A stretch of 64,000 nucleotides of DNA from Macrostomum lignano. Lineage: Eukaryota. Within the stretch, counting starts at the first letter, position 1. Each line of letters starts with the position of its first letter. The notes under the pieces were generated by a model. The model was not told the DNA's origin and made no database searches. It saw nothing but the letters and a program-made list of their open reading frames with translations. Positions 23,301 to 33,132 of this stretch are shown here, piece after piece. The position numbers and the translations under genes are program-made. The stretch covers positions 9,441-73,440 of the forward strand of contig NIVC01003859.1 of assembly GCA_002269645.1 (NCBI GenBank). The letters run 5' to 3'.

Positions 23301-26030
23301 AACAAGCTCAGGTCGCTTCCTGCCTGCATCGGTCGTCTGAAGAGCCTGGAACGGCTGGATGCTGGTGAAAACGAGCTAGAATTGCTAGTAAGTACCTTCC
23401 GATTTTTGCTTAGTGCAGCACTATAGAAATAAAACTATCCAGGAATTTTTGTATTTTCGGCTAGTTTCTACTGTTCATACTGTTCAATTAATTGCTTTGT
23501 CCATTTCATGACAGTGACCAGCAACTTTTGTCCTCCCTTTTGACACCCAGCCAGAATCCTTTGGCGAGCTGCAAAGCCTGTGTGACTGCTGGCTGGACAA
23601 GAACCGCCTGTCTTGCCTGCCCGCGTCTATCGGCCAGCTGACCAGCCTCAGCTTCTTCGACTTGTCTGGAAACCGCATCGAGACCCTGCCGCACGAACTG
23701 GGCCTCTGCGCCGCCCTGTGTGATCTCAACTTGAGCGCCAATCTGCTGCGCTGCCTGCCAGACACCGTGGACGGACTGACTGGCCTGGCTGGCCTCCGGC
23801 TCGATGCCAACCGGCTGCTGCAGCTGCCGCAGAGCATCGGCCGTCTGTCCGCTCTATGTGACCTAAACATCAGCAGCAACCTGCTGGCCTGTCTGCCACC
23901 CACCATTGGCCTGCTGCGCCAGCTGCAAACTCTGCATGCCGACTGCAACCGGCTGACGGAGCTGCCCTCCAGCATCGGAAGCTGCTCCAGCCTCACAATT
24001 CTGTCTCTGCGAGCCAACCTGCTGAGGTTCGTGCCGGACGAGATCGGCCACCTGCAGGAGCTGCGGGTTCTGAACCTGAGTGCCAACAGGCTCGACTGCC
24101 TGCCAATCTCCATGCTGCGGCTGCCCGACCTGCAGGCTCTGTGGCTCAGCGACAACCAGACCGAACCGCTGCCCCGTCTGCAGCCCGAAGATGTCCTTGC
24201 AGGCAAGGCCGTTTTGCGGGTTCTCACTTGCTACCTGCTGCCCCAGCTGCCAGTTCCGCTGGCCACTCTCAGGGAGGAAGACGAGCTCGATGACTTCAAC
24301 TCCATGGAGAGGCAGCGCACCGTTCAGTTCGCTGTGGACGGCGGCGAATCACCCAGCGATGCCGCTGAGGACCGCCACCTGCCCAAGGATCTGCCCGACG
24401 GACGGCGGCGGGTCTGGGCCGCCTGCGTCCCCACATCCACGGAGCGAGTGGGCCTGGTATGTACCGAGTGGGATGCGTTGTCCATGTTTAAGCAGTTGAT
24501 CGAGTGTATTTGGCAGGGAGTTAGACAACTTCAGGCCTTAAAAATAAATTCCTAGTTGTATAGCTGCTCTAATTGCTTCTTTGCTGTGCCTAATAAAGTT
24601 TTTTTTTACCTTGGCTACTGTTGAGCGACAGTCATTTTATTCACGCTTGTGCCTGCTAACCGAGTATTTAATCTCATTACATCTAACCTCTAAAGTAATA
24701 CCAGCTAATTCGTGCCAACTAACTATAATCCCACTGAGCAGTCAACGGCTCTGGGTGTTCAGGCCAGCTGCCTGCGCCGGTGCTTGCCCTGCGTGACGTC
24801 AAATTCGAGCAGCGCCGAGTCTGCAGCCCATTATCTGCCTCACCTTCCAACTCTGGGGAATCCAGATGGAGTCACCACCGAGGTCGCCAACTCCCCGAGC
24901 GATGATGCTGCAAAAACGACTACTGCAGCCTCCCGGCAAAACCCGTTGGACCTGGTCAGCCCGCTGTCGACTTCGTCACCTCTAAGCGGCCACCAAGCAG
25001 TGAGCAATGGCTCAGATCCCAATAATAACAACAATGGAACTTCGGATGCGTACGAGATGGTTTTGCTGCAAGTACGAATGAAACTCATTTCGATTGGCTC
25101 AACTTATTTTTTAATTTAGGTGTGACGTTTGGCTTGAATTCCTAACCAATAATGGTTCGTTTTATTGTCGTTTTTCATTTATGTCACTATAAATTCCATT
25201 TAATGAAACTGCCCCTGCAGGATGCGACTCCCGTTGCCACAATCCGCATCAGACCTGGCGACCACTCGCACTCGCACCTCCGCCAGCACTACGGCTACGA
25301 CTCTGACGGGGGCTTGCCCGCCGCTCGTGTGCGCTCCCTACCCGCCACGGTCGCCCCGTTGTCAAGGCGCGGAAGCCATCCTGGCTCGCAGCTGCCGCCT
25401 ATCGCCCAGTCAGAGTCTGCGCTAACACCGCCGCTTCATCAGCCGCCGCCGCCGCCACCACCGCCGCCGCGTGGCCCTCACTGGCCCACCGCACCCTCCG
25501 GCCCCGCCGCCCCGATTGCAGTTCCTGAGGACTCCGCGAGCAGCGACAGCGGCTACGGTGGCCGCCGACCAGCCCCAGCGCCACCTCCCGCCAGGTCGCC
25601 GCCGCCACCCCCGCCTCAAATTCACAACCTGCCGCCTTCCAGCGGAATTCGCGTCCCACCAGTTCGCACTTCCACTGCCAGCGTTGCCGTTCTACCTGAT
25701 GCCGACTTTAGAAGTGGCGGCAGCTCAAGCGAGTTCAGTGTCCCAGTTGCCGCCGCTGCTAGCACTCTGCTGCTGTGGGTGACGATCGACCGCGGCCCGA
25801 CTCTCGGCTTCAGCGTGTCCGGTGGCGCCGACACTGCCGAAGGTGGCGTATTCGTATCCCGCCTCCTGCCCAACTGCCCCGCCTCGGACCTGCTGAGGTT
25901 TGGGGATCGAATCCTGCAGGTGAACGAAATGCCATTTGGCGGTCTGAGCCACTCTGAGGCAGTGCAGTTCTTGAAGGCACAGGGCAGAGTGCGGCTGCTA
26001 ATCCAGCGCTCTGTATCATCAGAGCCGTGA
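11367..26030 (+). CDS. LAP-family scaffold (Erbin/Densin-180/Lap1-like): LRR array, LAPSD and a single C-terminal PDZ; 8 coding exons
   Basis: Phase-compatible GT-AG exons: 11367-11534, 11630-11747, 11818-11896, 22982-23071, 23267-23387, 23551-24456, ~24742/24763-25071, 25221-26030. Motifs: LEVLLLDHNKLTELRK, ALWLSDNQTEPLPRLQ...LTCYLLPQ (LAPSD), LGFSVSGG...GDRILQVN (PDZ). Exon 7 boundaries are uncertain. Confidence 0.9.
11970..12179 (-). repeat. LTR 1 (3' LTR)
   Basis: 210 bp, TGTA...TACA ends, appears identical to the other two copies. Confidence 0.95.
12287..15939 (-). pseudogene. pol: Pol of unit 1 (PR-RT-RNase H-IN), split by a 1-nt deletion
   Basis: GG at 13281-13282 versus GGG at 18094-18096 in unit 2 splits it into the 952-aa and 341-aa ORFs. 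Confidence 0.9.
15927..16748 (-). CDS. gag: Gag of unit 1 (273 aa from MAQNTLLPPKF)
   Basis: Two CCHC knuckles, CFNCGQLGHRAAQC and CHKCSGRGHKASVC. ATG lies just after the PBS. Confidence 0.93.
   Translation of the reverse strand: MAQNTLLPPKFSGTDGTDVRKWLRIFEEFANDAKWDDATSASKVKLLLTGEAQLVVWDLAETRQKSFKSIKEDLTKFYGGEADSFKAMSDFYAKKRGDAETLRELCFNLKLLHQKARPEDSIAQRDRDVRFKLLQLLKADIRDNLLKAEDAETCSLETLLQRAARLEELAGRQSVAAVAAVSATSSAEPSEDRLDRLEKRMEELIARVSVQSGTDTRRRRQQRGGGCFNCGQLGHRAAQCQQREKQPGPIICHKCSGRGHKASVCPSKAPGNF
16783..16992 (-). repeat. LTR 2 (shared central LTR)
   Basis: On the minus strand it is preceded by the PPT of one unit and followed by the PBS of the next. Confidence 0.95.
17100..20753 (-). CDS. 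pol: Intact Pol of unit 2 (PR-RT-RNase H-IN), expressed by -1 frameshift
   Basis: LLDTGAQTS protease, YIDD RT, DSS...TDRELLAI RNase H, HHCC plus DDE integrase and a GPF tail. ORF 17100-20846 is uninterrupted. Confidence 0.95.
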   Translation of the reverse strand, partial: GKLLRVGATGAGPTPTPRSNPVLHAIFIPGEANGKPCRWLLDTGAQTSLISDVALRELDGRCELKPADVRPVSVDGSVLELLGSVSITVRLSHQLRRQMDVLVVRGIRPNFILGMDFVSKAARSQFSIDQGAKTVAFDGEAVPFSDCDSKQDGPLSCCLVPTVIIARVQGAVVVPPRSVKVVDVTTETKQAHGIFEPSQEFIDRIGVLPGRVFAVSSESGKIPVQVCNLSCSPVTLFSNQSIGTFESAEVIDEDEDVHEWRGPADQFNINPELPEEDSNRLAMLLRAFADVVSVHEFDVGTSSAAQHKIELDDGARPIRQRPRRVPHAFRRQVDEKLEQMRQHGVIEPSTSPWASNLIIVRKKNNDIRVCVDWRALNNLTVKDAHPLPHLHQALDSLAGCSWFSTIDMRQGFLQVEVREEDRPLTAFYTPSGLMQFRKMGFGMCNAPATYQRMMELIMTGLSWEEVIAYIDDLIIFNRDFENHVQSLSKVLHRLRSAKLKLNPGKSFFAYRSVTYLGHQVSESGIAPAAEKVEAIRRMPEPQSEEDVRRIIGMLSFYRRFVPNFSDIAKPLHHLAQKGAGGGFVWTSEHAAVLNKLKDALTQAPVLQLPDFSRPIVISCDSSAVALGAVLSQERDGQELPVAYASRTLSKAERNYSTTDRELLAIVWSLKQFRMYLSNSCKIQVFTDHKPITGLLNAKEPTGRLARWLQLIQEFPLEILYRPGKENIVPDTLSRAAAVQFQIANLPDEQDQDQVLHAVRHAMLQPNFQVPAAVSASVLKLLPCLTLSPDGALLHNGLPVIPQHMRAELLQQAHDRPSAGHLGQRRVLRALRERSWWPDMREDVRDWVRSCLVCQRRKGAPKRARAELVRQPLPAKPWAVMQLDIKGPLPVTESGKRYIICFVDPFSKWVEAAALSQIDATTVAEALVTCVVLRHGVPGVVHSDQGRQFEAEVFKQTCALLGAEKSRTSPFHPSGNGNVERFNRTLGNMLSAFCSENQASWDALLPYVVWAYSSSEHSSTGESPFKVLRGIEPRLPVDLALGGQRDQPQDCADLQARIRRGFQVVRAHLHTAQKSQHEFYNLGAETTDFKTGDRVMLTHHAMKRGQCKSLSSRWSGPFIVLKKVSPVNYRLQAVNGRRRLLVHHDRLKRFIDRPNLSGRPPAKPATEDDCQSVEDAAGQLAGPDAWEPLRNLDAAEPGNTVRRSGRQRRRPDFYTATC
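20741..21562 (-). CDS. gag: Gag of unit 2
   Basis: Same as unit 1 except one K-to-R change. Confidence 0.93.
   Translation of the reverse strand: MAQNTLLPPKFSGTDGTDVRKWLRIFEEFANDAKWDDATSASKVKLLLTGEAQLVVWDLAETRQKSFKSIKEDLTKFYGGEADSFKAMSDFYARKRGDAETLRELCFNLKLLHQKARPEDSIAQRDRDVRFKLLQLLKADIRDNLLKAEDAETCSLETLLQRAARLEELAGRQSVAAVAAVSATSSAEPSEDRLDRLEKRMEELIARVSVQSGTDTRRRRQQRGGGCFNCGQLGHRAAQCQQREKQPGPIICHKCSGRGHKASVCPSKAPGNF
21597..21806 (-). repeat. LTR 3 (5' LTR)
   Basis: 210 bp, followed by the PBS; TSD ATAT lies outside it. Confidence 0.95.
22044..22292. mobile_element. 249-bp MITE with GG-starting TIRs and 8-bp TSD (Merlin-like signature)
   Basis: TSD CTCATGGC at 22036-22043 and 22293-22300. 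Imperfect ~26-bp TIR (GGGTGGGTTTCACAAACGC / GCGTTTGTGAAAGCAACCC) and internal GAAGTTTCGCG-type repeats. Confidence 0.75.
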
Positions 26031-27696
26031 GATTTTTGTCCGATTGGCAATCAGCTGATTTTATCGCATCATTCCGACGAGTATTCTAGATTTATCAGCT
26101 CGTTCAGTCTCTTCGGTGCCAAGCCTGTTTAACATTCTGTTGATTCGTTTAGTGCATTGCATGCGATTCGTTTGCATTGCAGTCACCTTGCATTTTATAC
26201 ACGTGCTTGTAGTTTTAGTAGTGCTTATGTTGAATGGTTTCGCTACGATGTTCTCTTGCTTTATCTATATAATCTACGCATATTCTGCCATGTGCTTGAG
26301 TGAGTATTCGTAAAATAGTGATAAATGTTGTTATATAATTTCGACGACTGGTTCCAGTAGGCCCAAAGTCGCTACTAATCAATAACAGTGCATTTTAAGT
26401 CCGTCCCTTCTAACCTTTTTCAAAGTACTCACTTGTGCCTGCCTTCTCCCTGTTGTTTTTACTTGATACCAAACAGCAAGTCGCACCACAGGATCTGCTT
26501 TGCACTACTCATCTCATGGGGCGGCCGAAAGCGCATTTGTAGGTGACGAGTGAGAGTGCGCGGGGAGAGTGTGTGGGTGAGAGTGCATGATGGGTGAGAG
26601 TTCATGATGGGTGAACTGGGTGCATGGATGAGATGGGTGAGGGCTATTGTAATTTTCTAATTTGCGGGCCATCATTGTTTATTTTGATAAACTTGGCCTT
26701 GGCTTTTTCAGCCGCTTTTTAGCTTAATTTATTTACACTGTCGTTCCGTTAGCTGATAAATCCTGTGCATTTTCTGGTATAAATTTATTGGGTGCATCAT
26801 TGCGTTAAATTATTTATTTTTTCTAGACACTTGCTGCTCAACGGCTACTGTGTAGCGACCTCGATATTTATAATTGATTCGCAGAGTTTACCGAGTTGTC
26901 CCTTCAGATGCTATATATACTGTACGGATTTATATAGAAAACGAGTCAAAAACATTGATGCCACAAAATTTTCTTTGTAATAACTTCGGTGCTAAATATT
27001 ACCTGTAATCTGCTTGCGCTCCAATTAATGCGCTATTTTGTTCTGGCTTTCAGACAAAATTGTTTACTTCCCATCAATCGTCAGTTATTTTTGGCTGAGA
27101 TTTTAAAATCAGCACTGTTATTTGCATGATTCAGTCTAATGCAAACTTTGCATTGCATCTCGAGTCTGGTCGAGAAAAGCCATTTTTGAGTTTAGTTGGC
27201 CTGTGGAACTGCAGTATACTTTGTTAACTGATGAGGAGGCGCACCTAGCTGGTCTGAGGCGTGAGCCAAGGTTGACTGAATTAACTAAAGGCACCACCGT
27301 ACATTCCATTTCTTCAAATAGGCTGCACGTCTTAACTGCTCAAACCTGTCTAATTAATTCAGTAGCTATATGTATATCCGGTTGGCACTCGCGGTAAACA
27401 CAGTGTCTTAATCTTCAAGCTTCAAAAAAATGTTCTCATTTCATCACAAATATCATAAGCCCAGTATCGCTACCTATATGCCAAATACAATGTATATTTT
27501 ATAACTAAATCTGCGACATTAACTAAATCCATGTGTATTCAACTTCAAGACGGCTTCGATATCTGTTGGCGATTCTCAAATTTCTAGTGTGATGTTTCAA
27601 AGCTGAGCTTGTGTTCTATTACGTGTAGCTTATAAAAATTCTACTTAACTGAATTATTGCCTTGGCTTCGCAGCTTGCTAAATTGCATAGTGCACC

Positions 27697-28426
27697 TGTT
27701 GTGCACTGTTGTGCTGCAGCTGCTCAGGCCGACTCAAGAACAACTGCCGAGCGACGACGACCTGCGCGACAGCATCGCACAGAGGCAAGCTAAGAACGCC
27801 GACTACACCAACAAGCGAAGGCGAGCTCGAGACTCAGCAGTCGAGGCCGGAGACTGGGTCTGGCAGCAGGTGCCGCACCGGGCGCACAAGCTGGCAACCC
27901 GACTAAAGGAGCCGCTCAAGATCGCCTCCCAAGCAGGGCGCAACACCTTCGTGCTGTCCGACGGTACGAAGTGGCACGCGAGCCGCCTGATCAAGTGCAA
28001 CGACCCGACAGCACACAGTGGCGCAGCTGACCGAGCGGACGAGCTGTTCGAGGCGCTCCTGCTGCCTGAGCCGGTGGCCAGGGCGGCTACGGTGCCGCCA
28101 CCACCGCCTGGCGAGCCGCTACCCGAGGCGGCGCTCCAAAGGTCGACTCGAGCTCGACGGCAACCGGCGCGTTATCCTCTTCCGGAAGGGGGGAGAATGT
28201 TGTGATTAGCAATGCTCGCGCAATGAACTGACTACTGACAATGAACTATTGGCCTTATTGAATGCGTGGGCGTATACTGTACTCAGACTAGAATGAGTAG
28301 GAGATTGCAACGTGCAACGTGCAAGTAGGAGTTTGATCTCTATAAATATATTGTGAGCGAGATGTGTATCTCTGAGCTCAAAAGCTTCAATCAAACGAAA
28401 CTCTCTGTGTCAATTAGAACACAACA
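27697..28426 (+). mobile_element. Internally deleted Gypsy element: 7 bp of 5' LTR, integrase C-terminal tail, PPT and a full 229-bp 3' LTR (28198-28426)
   Basis: TSD GCACC at 27692-27696 and 28427-28431. LTR ends TGTTGTG...CACAACA, PPT GGAAGGGGGGAGAA, integrase tail ...GDWVW...QRSTRARRQPARY. Confidence 0.8.
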
Positions 28427-28555
28427 GCACCCTCACTAAAAACAGTAATAAAAGCTACAAGACAAGCTTCTTCATCTACGATGAGTGTAATATAGAGCTA
28501 GAGCTAGCCTTTTCTAGCTCTCAGAAATTTGATAACGGATGATAACATGCATGCT

Positions 28556-28620
28556 TTTGGCATCCATCTGGCAGACTTTTTGGACAGACCAAGATCCTCG
28601 TGCAGAATATTGAATGCTGT
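28556..28620 (-). pseudogene. Short mariner transposase relic
   Basis: ILHEDLGLSKKSARWMPK matches the mariner ILHxxLGxRKxxARWVP motif; the flanks are unrecognisable. Confidence 0.5.
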
Positions 28621-29737
28621 CCCTTGTGTCATAAGCTCCGCTCCCACATCTGTAACAATCACGAAAAGTTTGCTGAGAGACTGAAAATTTTTCCGGAGGT
28701 ATTGTTTGTTGATGAAAGTGTCACTCTGATGTTCGATTTGCGTTGTAAATTCTCGCCATTGAAGACGGAAACGGTGAAAATGAGGTTGTTGTGTTTTGTT
28801 CCTGGAATCAGAGACCAAATGCGCGATAACTGCTGTCGTCGACAAACAATGCAGCTAGGAGCCCTGGTCACTGCCGGCGGTGCGCGGCCTACGCTTAGCG
28901 CCCAGGCCCTGAAACACGCCCTGTTAGGTGTGACATTGCATGTCACAAGCATGACTGGCTGACAACGTATATTTTGTAGTTATTGAACTAAGAACTCTGT
29001 ACGAGTACAATACATATTACGTACATTAATTAATATTCAACAATTGAGCAATTTAAAAACTCTCTGGCGTGAAAAAAATAATTGTGAAATCTCGATTCAA
29101 GTATTACAGAATGTGTAAAGAATATACATACATGTAGGTTGTATGTAATAATGTAATATGAATGATAATATTCGGCTCGTACGTAACTATTAGATGCACA
29201 TGTACATCTACTACGAGCTACATGTCTATATATTTATAGTTATTGATGGGTTTTGGCCTTTTCGGCTCCCTTGCGGGAAGCTTTCGGCAGGTCTCAGAAA
29301 TAAATCAATTAGAGTCCCGGCCTCCCACTCCAGTCAGATTGGTCTGTGGCGTCCCGCAAGGGAGTCCGCAATGGTCAGCCCCATGGTAGCTTGATCTGTG
29401 GCGAGCAGTCTAGGTCCTATATAGCTAAGAGAGGGACAGCGAGAGACAATTGCAGGGAGAATTTTGAAGGTAGAGATCAGCTAATCCACAGATTAACTAT
29501 AACCCGCTGCCACCAGCCCGTGCGAGATCGAAATTCGACTTTCGAAATCGGGCTTCCGCCTAGAAGGGGCTTAGCGCTTACCTTGCCAACTAGTGTCTTT
29601 TTGCTGTCAATCTCGAAGTCATAGCCGATGTTAATTGGGACACTGCTGGGACTTGATCGCATTGGCCATGAAGGTACAGAGGGGACTCGTTCAGGGGATT
29701 CTTGCAGTGGCGGGACTATATGGGATAGCTACATGTA

Positions 29738-30777
29738 TGATGGGTTCGGCCTTTTTAAGCCTCGCTGTAGCTTCGGGCCTCAGAACTCAGAAATGAACTT
29801 AAAGCTCTGGCCTCTCACTCCTGTCAGATGGTCAGCCCCGTGGTAGCTAGATTGTGGGCGAGCAGCAAGGTCCTATAGCTAAGAGAAGACAGCGAGACAA
29901 GCAGCGGAGAATTTGAAAGGTAGAGATTAGCTAATCCACAGATTAACTATCCCGCTGCCACCAGTCCGTGCGCTCCGGCTCGCCAATTAACCGGAGCTAT
30001 CGAAATCGGACTTCCAACTAGAGGGGCACTGCACTTACCTGCCATCTAGTGTCTTTTAGCTGTTTATATCTCGAAGTCATAGCCGAATGGAAGGGACGCT
30101 GCTGGGACTAGGATCGCATTGGCCATGCAGGGACGAGAGGACTTTTGCAGGGGGTTCTTGCGCTGGCGAGCCTTTATACACTACTAAATGTACTGAAGTG
30201 ATCTTAATTTAAGCATGTTATGCCCAATGTTATTTTTTAGTCTAATGCGAACTTCAGAAGGTTTTTCTATCAGGAAAGTACAGCACATGCTTGTGCGCCA
30301 GTAAAGATCCTATTGCGTGAAGCGAACACCAATGAAATGCGTTATAGAAATCTATATATACTAGCGTTCAGTGAGAATGAAGCCTCTCCCCAGTTTTTCC
30401 CGGTTCTCGGCTCTCCGCCTCTTTGCCTCCTCAACTGCTCCGCTAGCTTGCCCCAACAATCGGGCCTGAACTCTAATATCCCGATTTAACAGAGGTAAAT
30501 CCGGACAAACGTCAATTCGTGCAACAATATCGATAAGTAGCCTGTGGCTCCATTTTCACTGAATTGCTTAACAAATTTGCGTAATTGCGTGATCAATATC
30601 CTATTAGGAATTGCTACTAACATTGATTAGTAATAAACATCTTATTGAAGGTTAGAGATCGAGAGAAACAAATCGAACCTCCGACTTATTTGATTCAACA
30701 GAAACATCAACGATCATAGTCATCGCATCGAAGCAAAATGTGCGGTTTTAAGATTGAAAAAAGATGCGTCCTCATCA
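29738..30777 (-). mobile_element. Related 1040-bp solo LTR inserted in the host LTR
   Basis: Starts TGATGGG and ends CCTCATCA like the host. TSD TGTA (29734-29737 and 30778-30781). The first ~440 bp are a diverged copy of 29244-29733. Confidence 0.8.
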
Positions 30778-31263
30778 TGTACTATTAAATTGCTAAATAC
30801 GAGGAATTGTACTTTTGGCCTTCAACGCGCCAACCAGCCTCTCGTAGCGCTGATATGATAGGCTAACTCGAACATCAGAGACCGCATGATTCACTACCCG
30901 AGCCGCTTGGCGAATCTAAGGTGCACAGAAGTACATCTCTAGCGCCGATACTGCACTATTGGCAACCTTGCTAACTGATTTGATAGATTGATCGATTGAG
31001 AACTGCCTTGCCATTGGTCCACTATGACCGGCGCCTACTAGTTTAGCCACTCATCCGAGCCATCGGCGAACAAAGCAATAAAACTGATAAAAAACACTGC
31101 CAGATTTAACCTACTCTCTAAATCACTTCACACCTCAGATTGAATTGGAGTAATCAGACTACTATCAGTATTGAATGATTTCCGCCTCGATAACAGCACT
31201 GCTGAACAAAATGAGCAAAAGTGTGCGCCTAATCCAGCTACTGAAACAGAGGACAGATAAGGA

Positions 31264-31683
31264 AGTAGAAGGCATGAGGGGGCTTTTGGGACAAAATTTT
31301 TCACGTCCTCCATAATCCACCTAAATCCATCCATATTATCCCTGACAGAATCAGAAAAAAAGGGGGGTCGCACTCGCTCACAAAACGTCCTCCATAATCC
31401 CATTAAATCCATCCATATTATCCCTGACAGAATCATGAAAAAGGGGAGGGGCCGCACTTGCTCTGAAAACTTCGAACATAATCCTATTAAATCCATCCAT
31501 ATTATCCCCGACAGAATCAGACAGTGGACACCTGTTATACTCACTGACACTGACATAATCCACTAACATCCACCCAGAAACAATCAGAAAATAATCTGCA
31601 TTCTTCTCCCCACATTCAATCCGCAACGTGCTACCAGATCCCTAAGACTTTAAATTATCAGCGCAGGGTCCTTACCCTTTGAA
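31264..31683 (+). repeat. Left TIR of the Polinton
   Basis: Inverse of 45100-45559; three internal ATCCATCCATATTATCCCYGACAGAATCA repeats. Confidence 0.93.
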
Positions 31684-31705
31684 AAAAATTAAATTTTCTC
31701 TAAAA

Positions 31706-31948
31706 ATGTTTCCAGTTGTCTCTCCAGGTTCCTATTATACTCAGCCTCATCCATTGTACAAATCCAAGTACCGATGCAAACTTGAATGCAGCGAGTACAT
31801 GAGAAAATATTGGCCCGACGTTGATATCAATGTCCCTAATATTAATCTAGCTCTCCAAAGACACTGGTTTCATAAGTATGGAGTAACCTATGTAAAAGAT
31901 TACGACAGCTACTATAACTTTGCAGAAATCATTAAGCAATTGCGTTAA
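31706..31948 (+). CDS. Small Polinton ORF (80 aa), unknown function
   Basis: AAAAATG start context like the other Polinton genes; no recognised motif. Confidence 0.45.
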   Translation: MFPVVSPGSYYTQPHPLYKSKYRCKLECSEYMRKYWPDVDINVPNINLALQRHWFHKYGVTYVKDYDSYYNFAEIIKQLR

Positions 31949-32247
31949 AAAACCGAAAGGCCAAAAGGCCAAAAGGCCAAAAGGCCAAAACCCTTTTCAT
32001 TTTGGCCTTGCGCGAGGCCGAAATCGTTTGCATTCTGGCCTTCACTCGAGACGGAATTCTTCCTCGGCTGGGCTCAGTTAAAGTGAAAATCTCTCTCCCC
32101 CCACGCGCGCTGCGCCCACACACATACACTCCCCTCTCTCCCACGCACGCGAGGCCCACGCCCTCATTTGAGTACACATAGTAAGTTCTCTTCATACCAC
32201 TCTATTTTCGGTAAGCATACGAGCTACTTAAAAGGGAACGCATTTTC

Positions 32248-33111
32248 TCACATTCTCTCAATGTTCAACGTCAATACAAACTCTTCACCGTTGAAATCAA
32301 CACCCATCCCATCTTCAGTCTCAAACTGTAGCACAATCTCGTGAATCTCCTTATTACTCAATACAACTCTTTTCACTGGATTTGGTTTCTCTACCACCAT
32401 CTGTCCTCCAGCTACAGAGTTGGAGATGTTGTACAAAATATTAGTTCGCTTTCCCTTAAATACCCAATCAAGACTGAGATTAGTTCTGATTAGAATATTC
32501 AAACCCTTTACAATGTCTGCTATATTGGGTGCTAAGAACAAACCGCGTACACTTTCCCGGGCCATGATAACAGCCCCCGTCGCTTGAGTGGCGGTCCGCG
32601 CCGCGGATTCTGCCTTATAAACTTTCTTCTCGAATCCCAGTTCCCTATACCAAGTGTCATCTTTAAACTCAACCTCCGCATCTTTGTGAACTTGCATGAC
32701 CACTCTCATTACAGTGAGATCATAGGTTAGTTTGACAGGGAACAGTTTTTTCTCTGGCTTACTCATATCAGGTGTCTCAAAATGGCCTCTTTTAGTAAAG
32801 ACGTTTTCTAGAAAGTAATTGTAGGTATCCACACTTTGCGTGCTCACAGGGAATACCACAGGTTCTGCTGCTGCACCTTTCCATTTGTAATAAAACTTAT
32901 TATTTGCTGCCGTCACATTGGGAACGTTTGACCAACCAGTGAAGTCGTTAAGATAGACATGGTAATTAGCACCTGGATCCAGGCGAATCGCCTGCTCTAA
33001 TTTTTGAATAAATATCCCGTTTGAGTCATTAATTCGCCCAGTTATTGTAATAGGAATGCTCTCCTTGGAGTGCGAAATAATATTATTTAGTCTTTCAGCA
33101 ATCGCTTCCAT
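32248..33111 (-). CDS. Minor capsid protein (penton, single jelly-roll)
   Basis: Directly downstream of the MCP. Motifs WSNVPNVTAANNKFYY and C-terminal EIHEIVLQFETEDGMGVDFNGE resemble Polinton pentons. Confidence 0.8.
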   Translation of the reverse strand: MEAIAERLNNIISHSKESIPITITGRINDSNGIFIQKLEQAIRLDPGANYHVYLNDFTGWSNVPNVTAANNKFYYKWKGAAAEPVVFPVSTQSVDTYNYFLENVFTKRGHFETPDMSKPEKKLFPVKLTYDLTVMRVVMQVHKDAEVEFKDDTWYRELGFEKKVYKAESAARTATQATGAVIMARESVRGLFLAPNIADIVKGLNILIRTNLSLDWVFKGKRTNILYNISNSVAGGQMVVEKPNPVKRVVLSNKEIHEIVLQFETEDGMGVDFNGEEFVLTLNIERM

Positions 33112-33132
33112 TTTTTCACCCACAAAAAATAT

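Noticed and set aside
31128-31626. ORFs in the Polinton TIRs (also 45168-45638)
   Set aside because: They translate the internal TIR repeats and cross the element boundary.
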